From Camelus ferus (lineage: Eukaryota), in NCBI RefSeq assembly GCF_009834535.1, contig NC_045696.1:16618001-16682000 (forward strand): 64,000 nt of DNA, written 5' to 3'. Below are positions 26,061 to 37,236 of the stretch, one piece after another; position 1 is the first letter of the stretch; every line of letters starts with the position of its first letter. A model generated the notes under the pieces. The model was not told where the DNA came from. It saw nothing but the letters and a program-made list of their open reading frames with translations, and did no database searches. The position numbers and the translations under genes are program-made.

Positions 26061-26400
26061 AAGTAAATTTCAAAATTCCTTCCTCTAGTCCAACTTTTTC
26101 TAATGGCAGTTACCACTTGTGTTTCAATGCAAGAAGGAAGGCTGGAATACATACGTAGCTAGCAGAATCAATCTAGTTCAGATGTTAAAAAACATCACAC
26201 TGTTAATAGTCTTCAGAGTTGAAAACTTGTGTTCACAGCTTTGAATCTCTCCACTTCTTGACGTTCTTCCATGACATTCTTTGAAGTGCACTTTTTGGCT
26301 TCATGCATTGTAATTATTCATTTGTTACATAAAGCATATAACGATTTATGCCCTATGGTGTTATTCAATACACTGTAGAAAAAGGAGACGAAAGAATGTA

Positions 26401-26594
26401 TTTTTTTTTAATTGAATTGTAGTTGACTTACAATGTCGTGTTAGTATCTTACAGAGTCATGATTTAGTTATACACATATGTATTCTTTTTCTTATTTTTT
26501 TCATTATAAGTTATTACAAGATATTGAATATAGTTCCCTGTGTTATACAGTAAGACTTTGTTGTTTATCTATTTTGTATATAGTAGTTTGTATT
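26401..26594 (-). mobile_element. Short L1 3' end insertion
   Basis: Poly(T) then TTACAAGATATTGAATATAGTTCCCTGTG; degenerate TSD AAAGAATGTATT / AAAGAGTGTGTT. Confidence 0.9.
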
Positions 26595-27777
26595 AAAGAG
26601 TGTGTTCTATCAGCAGGCAAAGATCATCCTCTTTATCCTTTACGCTCTTACCCTTGCTTGTAATTTACTAAAGAGCTGACGACGTCACAGCCCAGGCAGC
26701 CCCTCACCACATGACTTTGCAGACAGTGAAGAGACTAACCCTGTCTGAGACTATGCTTTTTAACGGGGCCCATGTAAGAAATCTGATAAGGTTATATAGA
26801 TTCTTCATTCCTATACTGTTCAAGATAAGAAGGAGGCATAAAGGCAGGTGCTTTGGACAAAGCCACTGGCAAAGCTGCTGCAAGGATGCTTAGCAACCCA
26901 ATATTTGAACACTGAAAGGGCTTTGGAGTCGTCTTTCATTTGGCCGCAAGGAAGAAAGACATTGAAACATTAAAGAAAAGCTCTGGGAAAAAAACAACCA
27001 TAACAAAACAAGACAGTGGGGAAAAATACAGGGAGTTTGTGTTCCTGATGAGAGAGCTATATATATGAAGTAGATGATATATAATTACATTTTGCTATAT
27101 AGATTTAATTTAAGTATATTTTATACTAAACATGTTTAATTCTAAGGATTGAAAACCTTGTGAGGAGTTCAAATTTATATTTAATTTTGTTCCAATAGAC
27201 TGATGGACTTGCAACTTCTAGGTTTCTTAAGTTCACTTGATGACCTTGAGAAGCAGGGGGAAGTACTCTCAGAAGAGCTTGAATGGGAATAGAGGAGACC
27301 CTGATTTCACTGGGTATCTCTTGACAAATGTCAAATATTTCCTGTAGTTGCTGGCTTCTACTTCTTCTCGGCTAGTTAGCAATCATAAAAATGGAAATTA
27401 CCTTAGCAGCTTATTTAGGGTATGTCCTAAATGTGCATGAATGAAGATTGCAATACTCCCAAGGGAGACGAGCCAGCATCTTTTCTTCTGCAGCTGGAAA
27501 GCCTGGCATAATCTCCCCGTCCCTCCACTGTGGAAATCCCAGTCCTCAAGGTCTCTATCATGGGATACCTCTGTGATGTTTTTTCTCACTCTCTGAGTTA
27601 AAATATTCTTTCCTTTTCCTGCTGTCACATGACCAGTAGCACATCAAGCGGTATTGGTGTCCCTAAACACAGCAGCTGGGTCCAGCGTGGTCCTCCTGAC
27701 TTCTGACACTGGCATGCAGCTATTGGTCTGTCATTTTTCTCAACTCCCAGCAAGAAAACCCATCAAAAGCAATTTGG

Positions 27778-28222
27778 TTTTTTTTTTCTTTTTTTTACTG
27801 TAATATATACACAATCTAAACATACTATCTTAACAATTTTAAGTGTAGGATTCAGTGGTGTTGAAATACATTCACAATGCTGTGCAACATCACATCTCTA
27901 TAGTTTTTTTTTTTTTTTTAATTTTAGGGTTCTCTACATGTCATATGTGAACAGAGACGAATTCACTTCTTCCTTTCTGATTTGGATGCCTTTTATTTCT
28001 TGGCCTTGCCTAATTGTTCTGGCTAGAACTTCTGATACTATATTGAAGATAAACCAGAAACAGAAGGGCGAATATTCTATGATTCTACTTATATGAGAAC
28101 CTAGAATAGCCAAATTCAAAGAGACAGAAAACAGAAGGGGCTTTAGGAGGGGCTTTGGGGAAGGGGGAGTGAGAAGTTATTATTGTTTAATGGGTGTGAG
28201 GCTTCAGTTTGGGATGATAAAA
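27778..28222 (-). mobile_element. Rearranged L1M(A/B)-type insertion: 3' end (-), ORF2 RT piece (-), inverted 3'UTR (+)
   Basis: 27778-27905 L1 terminus; 27920-28047 encodes [28 protein letters not shown]; 28048-28222 sense 3'UTR. Confidence 0.75.
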
Positions 28223-29029
28223 GGCTTTTGTCTCAGGCTCTGCTTTCCAAGGGAAACAGTCAATGTCTGATGCTCTTTGGCCAGCGGCTCGAAAACAGAA
28301 GTCTGGGAACTGATGGGCAGAAGTAGGACTGGCTCTTTTAAATCTCAGAGACTCACTTGGGGAACAGGTTTGTCTTCACAACCTTAGGTTTTTCCAGAAT
28401 AGAAAGTGTAGTTCTCATGTGTACAACACACAATGGGGGAGGCAGTCAGGGTTCCACTGGGTGAAGCTACACGACCCCTGGTCACTGCTGGATCCTGTCA
28501 GAGGCCCAGTAGGGGAAGACAGGGGTTCTACGCTGGTGGGGAACTTGAGTCTGATTATCACAAAAAGGTAGGACTGATGCCACATGATGGGGTCAAGGAG
28601 AGGTAGCTCTGAGATTTTGGAATCTGCTGAGGTGTTTTTCAGTGATTCTGTATTTTGTGGCAATTGAACAACCTTGGCCCAACTAGGACAAGAAAAAGAA
28701 AAGCTTGGATTTCTAAATGATGAAAGTCTGGGTCCTCCAACCAGAAAAGCAACCAAGAGCTGCCAACATGCTGCCCAAGGTCGGGGGAAACAGAAAACTG
28801 ATGACGCAGGTTGACGGTGGGTATCAGTTCTGACGTCAGGCTGACTGTCACAGCAGAGATTGCTCCATCAGTCTGTTGCATTAGGTCCTTGCAGACACTG
28901 TGGCTGGTCATAGCCTGAAGGGGACTCTAATATTTTGGACTTAAAGAAAGACATGCCATGAACTGTAATGCTAGTGGAAGACTGTATTGGACATAATAGC
29001 TTCTTTTACTCCACCTACTTCTATGACCA

Positions 29030-29596
29030 CTGGTACCATGCAGGACTTGACCAGGTCTCCATAGATGCCACCAGACAGTTTCCATCTTGTGTCTTCACTC
29101 TGTTCCTCTAACTTCCTGCCAAGGGCTTCTCTGGTGGCTTGGCATTGATGTCCAGGGGAGCCTGCTCAGTTCTCATGTCTGTGCAGCCTGGGTTTTGGGG
29201 GAGATGGTGCCCCAGGGACACTCTTGCCCAGTGGGGGATGAGAGCCAGTTGATAGATGCTCTCTGCTTTTATCCCAGGCAGACAATTCAAAGACATATTT
29301 CATGAGTCCATGGAAAGTCTTGAGAGATCAAGCACCAACTTGATAAAGAATTCTTGACACTTGTCTTTTTTTTTTTTTTTTTTAATGGAGGCACTGGGAA
29401 TTGAACCCAAGACCATTCATGCTAAGCATGCAGCTCCACCACTGAGCTATTTCCCTCCTGTTGATAGAACATTTTTTTAATTGACTTTTCCTCCTTCCTT
29501 GTTTTACTTCCTTCATTCCTACCCTCTAGAGAATCACTTTACAAATAAAGTGTTGCACCCCAAACTTTGTGTCAAGATCTCCAATAGGCTAAGGCA
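29030..29596 (+). mobile_element. ERVL solo LTR (LTR16-like) interrupted by a SINE
   Basis: GGGGGATGAGAGCCAGTTGATAGATGCTC...AATCACTTTACAAATAAAGTGTTGCACCCCAAACTTTGTGTCAAG...AGGCTAAGGCA. Confidence 0.65.
29366..29458 (-). mobile_element. tRNA-Ala-derived SINE (camelid vic-1-like)
   Basis: Reverse complement GGAGGGAAATAGCTCAGTGGTGGAGCTGCATGCTTAGCATGAATGGTCTTGGGTTCAATTCCCAGTGCCTCCA + poly(A); A and B boxes present. Confidence 0.9.
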
Positions 29597-30429
29597 TAGC
29601 TGAAGCATCTGTGGAGCTACTTTTGACGGTGGGGGTGGGGTGGGTGCCGTTGGAGATGGGGTGACAGAGGTAATACTCATCATGGTGGGTGTAATTTCAC
29701 TAAGTAAAATATTGGAATTAGGAGGCCATTATCAGGTCATAGGTGATTTGACTTTCAGTTTTCCCCAACTAACTCCCATCACACATTTAGTTTCCTTCAC
29801 TTCGGGATTTCCTCATCAGCAGTCGGCCTAGTGACTGATTGAGTAGAATGAAGTATAATGATTATGCTGAAGTTTAGAGGTGTTGTGTATATTTTAAAGG
29901 TGTTGAGGTCCTGAGAATGAGTGGATACAACTCTGCCATCTAGAAATTCTCCCTAAAGTGTACCCGAGGAGGGGAATGATGAACTCGAGGATTAATCCTC
30001 AAAAGAAAAGTAGAATGCATCCACTATAGCGAAGTGTGAATTTATTAATGTCCCTAAATACAGGCTCATGAGTTAAACCAAAGGAAGGGCTCTTTTTTTT
30101 CCCCCCTTGAATCGAATGTTATTCAATTGCATGCTCAGTGGAAGAGAAAGAAAAGAATGAGGGAGAAAGAGAGAGAAAGAGAGAGAAAGCTGAAAGAGAT
30201 ATTCTAAAGAGTCAGACCTTGCCTGGGTCTGCTTACTACGCAAATCTGGAAGGGAGGAGGAAAAAGCAGAGAGCTTTCACGGATGCTCTTGAAGGACACT
30301 TTAATATTTAAGGCACCTCATCCAGATGTGCTCGTAAACATCTCCATTTCTGGTGATTTGCCATTCCTCTCTCGTGGCAGAGTTGATGAGGAGTGGGTTG
30401 TTCAGCAGGAGCTGGTGGGGAGAGAGACA

Positions 30430-30850
30430 GGAAGTGAAAGGACGGAAACCACACCCTCCGCTGGGGCGCATGGCGTGCGGAGGGACACATGGCGTGAGGA
30501 GGCCGCGGAGGTCTTCCTCTAAGAGTCAGCATTAGCTGTACTTCCCGGCGTGTCTAGGGGGAGTTTCGCTTTGATCCCAAAATGCTTCATCTCCTGCTCC
30601 AGCTCAGACTACCTGGTGTGTTTAGCAATTTCCCGAGCCCGGAAAATGCGTCTGAGGCAGTTAATCAAATGTTCAATAAGGTAGTCTCAGCTGCCGGTAG
30701 AGAAGTCCGTGCTTCATTTATATAAGGACTTTGCCAGCCAGACCGTAATAAATAAGGTAGACAAGATCCTCTGAGGTTTACCCGAGACCGCGGTGCACGT
30801 AATCCTTCAGCTGAACACGTTCCGCGGTTATTCACAGAAGCGCGGTTTAC
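30430..30850. promoter_or_regulatory. Small CpG-island-like regulatory segment, candidate promoter/enhancer
   Basis: About 26 CpG in ~405 bp by hand count in an otherwise CpG-poor window; ETS, TCF/LEF, FOX and YY1-like motifs; minus-strand TATATAAA at 30717-30724. Confidence 0.6.
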
Positions 30851-31459
30851 ATGAACTAGGTGTAAGATAAAAATGAATCTACTGCAGCCTTTATCCAAGG
30901 GAGTCTGGGAGGGTTATGTTTGTGGGCGTTTTATCTGCAGAATGCTTTGAACTGGGGATTAGTCCAAGTTTACTTAGAACAAATGCTGTTGTGTGTTAAG
31001 TGAAATCTCAACGGTGTGCAACAACTCCTAATCAAGGAGTTACTGCAACCCAATTAGCTTCAGAACACTCAGGTCCAAAGGGAATGCAACCAAATAGGAC
31101 TGAAAAGTGCTCAGAGCAGCCCACGATCCCACAGTACCATTTGCCTGGGCATCTGTCAGATGTCTATGGCTAAATTGAAGTAAGGAGGCAATGGTGACTG
31201 TCTGAAAAAGTGAATCTCCTATGGCTAGTGACTGGCCATTCATTAATAAGGTTGCACTCACTGTGTGCCTCTCTGAGCAGAACACGATGAGGGGGGTTTA
31301 TTTGAATCCAATTATACCGGTTGATTCTGGAAAACTGCGTTTGCTCTGGCCCTGTCTCACTTCCTCCTCTTCTAAGCACTCTGCTAAGCCTAGGGTCAGA
31401 TCTGCCTATGGAGAAATATTGTCATTTTGGAAGGAATCTGGGATTTGGAGTTAGAAGAA

Positions 31460-31822
31460 TGCTATGGTCTGAATGTTAGTGTCACCTCAAAGTTCCTATG
31501 TTGAAATCCTAACACCCAATATGATGGAATGAGGAGGAGGTGGGGTCTTCAGGAAGTGCTTAGGTGAGGAGAGCTCAGGCCTCAGGAATGAGAGTGATGT
31601 CCTTATAAAGGAGTCTCGAGGAGCTAGCCCCTCGCTTCACCACGTGTGGACCACAGCGAGAAGATGCCAGCGGTGAACCAGGAGGGGCCCTCATCACAAA
31701 GCAGCCATGCTGCTGCCTGGACCTTAGACTTCCCAGCCTTCGGAATTGAGAGAAATGCATTTCTATGCTTTATAAGCCACGCAGCCTGTATTTTGTTACA
31801 GCAACCTGAGCGGACTGAGACT
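31460..31822 (+). mobile_element. Full-length MaLR solo LTR (MLT1A-like)
   Basis: TGCTATGGTCTGAATG...CCTTATAAAG...TTTTGTTACAGCAACCTGAGCGGACTGAGAC; perfect 5-bp TSD AAGAA on both sides; splits a MIR. Confidence 0.9.
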
Positions 31823-31995
31823 AAGAAAGTGATGTCCATCCCTGCTCTGCAACTTGCCGGCCGTGTGGCTCGGGGTAATTTATAAAACCTTGTTCTGCCT
31901 CCATTTCCTCCTCTTTAAAATAAAGATTACAGTAAAACCTATGCCGTCGTAGAGAACATCAAGCCACACGAGTGAAATTATGTAAACATAGGAAA
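31823..31995 (+). mobile_element. MIR (host of the MLT1A insertion)
   Basis: GTGTGGCTCGGGGTAATTTATAAAACC...TGCCTCCATTTCCTCCTCTTTAAAAT core; upstream half ends at ~31459. Confidence 0.6.
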
Positions 31996-32799
31996 TGGCT
32001 GTCCGACCTCCAAGTCACACCATCTCTTCTTTTCCTGGGGAAAGCTTGGGGATTTCCACGGCGTCAAGAAGATGTCACAGATTGGAAAGTGTACCTTTCC
32101 CCCTGCCTGTCCTTTTGTCTGCATGATTCTTCGTCCCGTTTGGAGGGCACGACGCCAGCCAACTGCGCATGGTTCTGCGCCTCAATAGCAACTCTGCAGA
32201 AGGTGAACTTAAGGTATGCTGCAGCACGTGTATGGGAATAAACGGGCTGCGAGCAGGGAAATGCCAGGACTGCCTCGCTCCCAGTGAAATCAAGATGAGA
32301 CGGCTGTGCCTATAAATGAAGCCATTTGAAGAGTTAACGTGGAAGACAGACAGCCCCATTCAATGGTGAACTCCTGTGTGACTGCTCACAGACCATGCTC
32401 TGGAAATTAATGAAAGGACTGACGAAGATGCGAGGGGCATACAAAACGAAAGCCAAATGAATGAGTTAGTTTTCCCATCTGGTTCAACAGCCCTGAATCC
32501 GAAGTCTGCTAGGCTCTGCTGGTCTATAGTTTAAATGGTATTTTGGGTGATTTACACCAAGGCTGTGTAGAAAATCAAAGCAAAGCTGGATAAAAATAAA
32601 GAATGATGACACTTGTGTTCCTAGTGGGTAAAAACGCATTGGAAAAAAGAAATACATTGGTAATTGAAAATAAAGAAAAATTCCGTATGTTTCTAACTTG
32701 AAAGCTTACCCATCATGTCAGTCAATATTTTCAGCATTCATTTAATTTCAAAAGAGCTTCTCATCCACCCAAATGTTTGTTTAGTCATCTATTCATCCA

Positions 32800-33040
32800 A
32801 AAAATTTACAGTTTCTTTTGTGTACCAGATCCTAGGCTTACAGCGTGCATATACTCCTCATTTAATTGTTAAAACAGTCGTTCTCCGCAGGTATTATTAT
32901 TCCAAGATTATAGTGAAGGAAATTGAGATGCTGAGATTTTAGTAACAAGTCAGTATGATCAATTTAACTTGAGATGGAACTAAGATTTGAATCCAGTTTT
33001 TCTTTTCTTATTGTATCCAATATCCATTCCACTACCATAC
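32800..33040 (-). mobile_element. MIR SINE
   Basis: CTCATTTAAT...GCAGGTATTATTATTCC...GGAAATTGAGATGCTGAGA...GATTTGAATCCAG. Confidence 0.65.
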
Positions 33041-33114
33041 CTCTTATGCATTCAGTTGGTATGTTAAAGTGAGTTGAACATTTTGTTTTCTTTATTTTTA
33101 AGTCAAAGTAGTCT

Positions 33115-33210
33115 TTGGAGCAACATAGATGGACCTGGAGATCATCATTCTAAGTGAAGTAAGACAGAAAGAGAAAGAAAAATACGGTATGATATCACTT
33201 ATATGTGGAG
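33115..33210 (+). mobile_element. L1 ORF2 3'-terminal fragment lacking most of the 3'UTR
   Basis: GCAACATAGATGGACCTGGAGATCATCATTCTAAGTGAAGTAAG...ATATCACTTATATGTGGA. Confidence 0.85.
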
Positions 33211-33457
33211 TTGAAATTTTTGAAATTGAAAAATTGCAAAGTGTTTTTTTTTTTTCAATTTCTTAATGGCCCTTGAAAATTGGAGACAACATAATTGGGC
33301 ACTTATCCTTACTCAAAGTGCAGCCAGAGTGAGAGAGGGTGGTAAAATTCTGTTCATGCCATTAAGCTTTATTTTATTGCATTATGTATCTCATGGTTCA
33401 TTCTGCCAGGCATAAGATAATATTTTTATCTTTTTTATTTCACAGTTACCACCTTAG

Positions 33458-33630
33458 ACCATGGTTTCTCATCAGAAACCTACAACAGAATCACCTGGCA
33501 AGTTTGAAAAATTCAGATTACTGGGTTCCATCCATGCCGTATTGAATCAGAATTTCTGGGGTTGGGTCAGGGAAGCTGCACTTTAAACAAGCAGACTTAT
33601 TCATTCTGACCCATCTTCAAGAATCACCAT
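33458..33630. mobile_element. hAT MER5A-like element
   Basis: AGAATCACCTGG...GAATCAGAATTTCTGGGGTTGGG...TGCACTTTAAACAAGC. Confidence 0.75.
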
Positions 33631-34451
33631 CTTGGATGACCCCCTGGACAGATCCCACCCATAGTGGTTGGTGGCAGAGTAGCTGACCCCCTCAGAGTCT
33701 GGTTCAGCTTATAATGCCCAGCCCATCACTTCTGGGTCCTTCTACTTAAACTGCATCACATAAAATGGCATCACATCAATGCCTAATTATCCTTTTGGTG
33801 CCCATCACATCAAAGCCAATGTTCCATGACAGCTCCTAGCTCACCTGAGTCCCTACTCTGAGTTCAGAGTCAGCCTCTTTGGACACCAGGAACTCTGCCA
33901 TAACCTCAGTCAGGCTGTGGTCCCTTCTTCTTGCTTTCAATATCCAGGCCTGTGCTATGGTTCCAATGTGATACCTGGATTCTTTCTTGGCCAACATAGG
34001 CCTTTAGTTCTACAGAAGAAAGTCCTCATCACCAACTTACTTAAAAAAGTAATTTTTCTCTGGTTGATTTAGGTATTGAAATTAAAGATGTAAAAATATT
34101 TATTTACTCAGTTAATGATGAATTAGTGTCTCACAGGAGTCGTGATTAATCATGATCCACCTGGAAGCCAGTGTCAAAATGACTCTGCTAATAGAATCCA
34201 TCAACTGCTGAAGTCAGTGTTTGCACTGAGGGCGTTTTATTATCAGTTCCCCAATTTTATATTCTAGTTGTGTATTGACATTCCCTAATAAAAATTGGTT
34301 GGTTTCCTCTCTGAAACATTTGGGGTGAGTCTTGAAGAGATAATTTGCGTTAGCAAAACATTGAATTATGAAACTATTTCCATTATTCTGGCAAGGCAAA
34401 ACATTGTTTATTCTATGAGATTTAAGCAATCATTTAAAATTAGCATTTCAG

Positions 34452-34600
34452 CAATTCCACTCCTGGGCACATATCCAGAAAAGATGAAAACTCTAATTTG
34501 AAAAGATACATATACCCCAATGTTCATGGCAGCACTATTTACAATAACCAAGACATGGAAGCAACCTAAGTGTTCATCAACAGATGAATGAAAAAAGAAG

Positions 34601-34648
<48 letters not shown>

Positions 34649-35179
34649 TTATAAAGTATATATATATAGAAAGTAGAATACTATTCAGACATAAGAAGAT
34701 GAAAAATGTCATTTTCAGCGATAGAGATGGACCTAGAGATTATCATATTGAGTGAAGTGACTCAGACAGAGAAAGACAAATATCATATGATATCACTTAC
34801 ATGTGGAATCTAAAAAAAAAAAAAAATAAATAAATGAACTTATTTACAAAGCAGAAAGAGGTTCACAGACCTAGAAAATAAATTTATGTTTACCAAAGAT
34901 GAAGTGGGGGAGGGATAAATTGGGAGTTTGAGATTAGCAGATACAAACTATAATATATAAAATAAATAAATGACAGGGACCTATTGTATAGCACAGGGAA
35001 TTATATCTAATATATTGTAATAATCTATAATGGAAAATAATCTGAAAAAGAATATATATATATATATATATAATATGTATATATGTGTATGTGTGTGTGT
35101 GTGTAAGTGAATCACTTTGTTGTACATCTGAAACTATCACATTGTAAGTCAACTCTAATTCCAAAAAATAAAATAAAAT
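34452..35179 (+). mobile_element. 5'-truncated L1 with internal (TG)n and (TA)n
   Basis: ORF2 end (AIPLLGTYPEK) + 3'UTR + (TAAAA)n tail; 16-bp TSD AAAATTAGCATTTCAG / AAAATCAGCATATCAG (34436-34451 / 35180-35195). Confidence 0.95.
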
Positions 35180-36282
35180 AAAATCAGCATATCAGAACAA
35201 CAAAAGTAATAATTATTAAAAGCATGAGGGCTGTAATGTTGTACTGAAAGAGTACTCAATCACTAGCCAAAATATTTCTTTGTTGCCATACATGAGCAGG
35301 TCAGCGTTTAGTGTGAGCAATGGAATAGCCGAGGGTTAGGTATAATCTTCCAGAAGCCTTCACGGTCGGTGAGTGACTTTCTAGCTCAGAAAGAATTTTT
35401 GCTCTCAACTTGACTAGCCACCAGAGAAGTTTTAGCAGCCAGAGAAGACCTTCATAGCTCTGTCTGGGTTATCGCTGTCAGCTGTTTACTTGGACTTGAT
35501 TTTGTTCCTAATGGGAACAACAGGACAAGGGGGCAAGGCTAGGAGAATCAAAGTGGTGAGCGCTGACTCACACACCTGTGAAAAATGGAGAGACAATTTC
35601 ACATCCATCTACTGCCATTTTCAGTCTTGAACTTTGATGGAAGTGAACTAAATATGATCTTTGGAGTCAAGACTAGATCTGAACCATGGCTTCACCTCTT
35701 ACCAGGAATCTGGGAGTTAAACTTTGGGGTCTCCTCCCAGCTGTATATGGAGGACCCTGGTGTGAACTACCCTGTCCACCTTTTTTTCACTGGCTAGCCC
35801 AGGTGAAATGGGTCTTTGTGCTTCATGAGCCAAACCAGGTGTTAATTCCTCTTGGAAACTACTCTCAACTCTCAGGCCAGAGAGGTGACCCTTTGCTCCA
35901 CACTTCAGGTCACTCATCACCTTCTACTTCAATTGCTAATGTCATATCTGCACCTTTGAGGGCAGGTAACTTCGTGGTGCAGACACGTCCTGCAGGAAGG
36001 TGTGAAAAAATATTTGTGAAAAATTTGATCTATCAAATCTGGGTAGAATACCTATTTCAAAAAATAGTCAGAAAGATTGAATGATTATAACATTTGTAAA
36101 GTTCCTGGCAGATAGTAGGGTTTTGATGCATTTTCTTTCTGTTTGTTCCTGACAATGATAGCAACACCATGGCCCGTCCCTGTTTCCCCTACTGTTTCCA
36201 CCAAAGTTTTGTGAGTCAGCCCAGTGTAGTCTTTTGTGAGCTTTGTGACATTGTCATAAATCCCATCTGACATGACATGGTC

Positions 36283-36722
36283 TGTTGCAGGGTGAGTTCT
36301 CCAGGAGGCAGAAGCTGAGATAGAGGTTGGAGTACAAGAGGTTTTTTGGGAGAGATGCCTGTGAAGGAAGAGAGATGAAGTGGGGTTGAGCAGATGCTAT
36401 AAATCTGCCAGCCTGACAGGGCGTCCCAGAACAAAGTTTGCCCCTTAGAGGAGTCTGGCCCTGGGTCGAAATGATGAGGTCTTTTGCAGCCCTGCCTCGC
36501 TCGCTCATTGGCTGGGAGTGTCCCGAGAAAAACATGACCTTGGCTGCCAACACCTTGATGAGTGGCTACAGCCGCCACACACTGAGAAGAGTGTGACCTG
36601 GTCCCCAGTGCTGAGGTGAGTGTGAAACTGCTAACAGCTGGAGACAGCCCACTGCACTCCTTACAGCTGGGGAGGGAGTCCTTTCATGAGGGGGATCTGA
36701 GTGGTGCGTCTCTGTGTCTGCC
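36283..36722 (-). mobile_element. ERVL solo LTR (LTR33-like)
   Basis: TGTTGCAGGGTGAGTTCTCCAGGAGGCAGAAGCTGAGATAGAGG... antisense LTR33-type terminus; GGGGATCTGAGTGGTGC near the other end. Confidence 0.7.
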
Positions 36723-37236
36723 TCAGTGACAAGGATTTAGAGTGAGTGTGGTATCTTTCTGGGGATGCTACATGCTGATGGAATTCTCTTAAAGGGCACA
36801 AAGCCTTATGAGCCCCAGAAGGGCCTTCATGGCACTGAGACATAGGCAAATGTTTGAACTGAGAGCCTTTACACACTTTTCAAAAGCTCACCCAGTCGAC
36901 CTGTTGCCAAGGTTCTAAAATAGGTGTGGTTGTGGTGTTTGCGTGCTGATCCTTTCTTGGTTTACATTCCTCAGTCAACAGGGTGTGGGGTCTAGTTGAC
37001 TCCTGTGGTCTAATTCCTTCTTGTGTCAGGAATGGAGATGTATAGTCAGGCAGGCTTGTGGTTACAGAGACCCTTGTCCCTTGCAAAAAGGGCAACCAAA
37101 TGCCGTTGCTATAATCAAGGAGATTAAAATATAATTTAATGTACATTAAATGCATTTTATAAAAATGATGCATATACGTAGATGTCACTCTCAATCCTAT
37201 TTTAACATTCTACCAGAGATTAAAAGTGCATTTTTA

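Noticed and set aside
29386..29458. Functional tRNA-Ala gene (also 44502-44576)
   Set aside because: Mutated stems, attached A-rich tails and (for the second copy) a TSD show these are SINE copies
29631..29661. G-quadruplex
   Set aside because: Fourth G-run is 13 nt away; fails the canonical loop pattern
30693..30761. U6-type Pol III promoter (PSE + TATA)
   Set aside because: PSE similarity is only about half the positions, and an internal TTTT would terminate Pol III after ~50 nt
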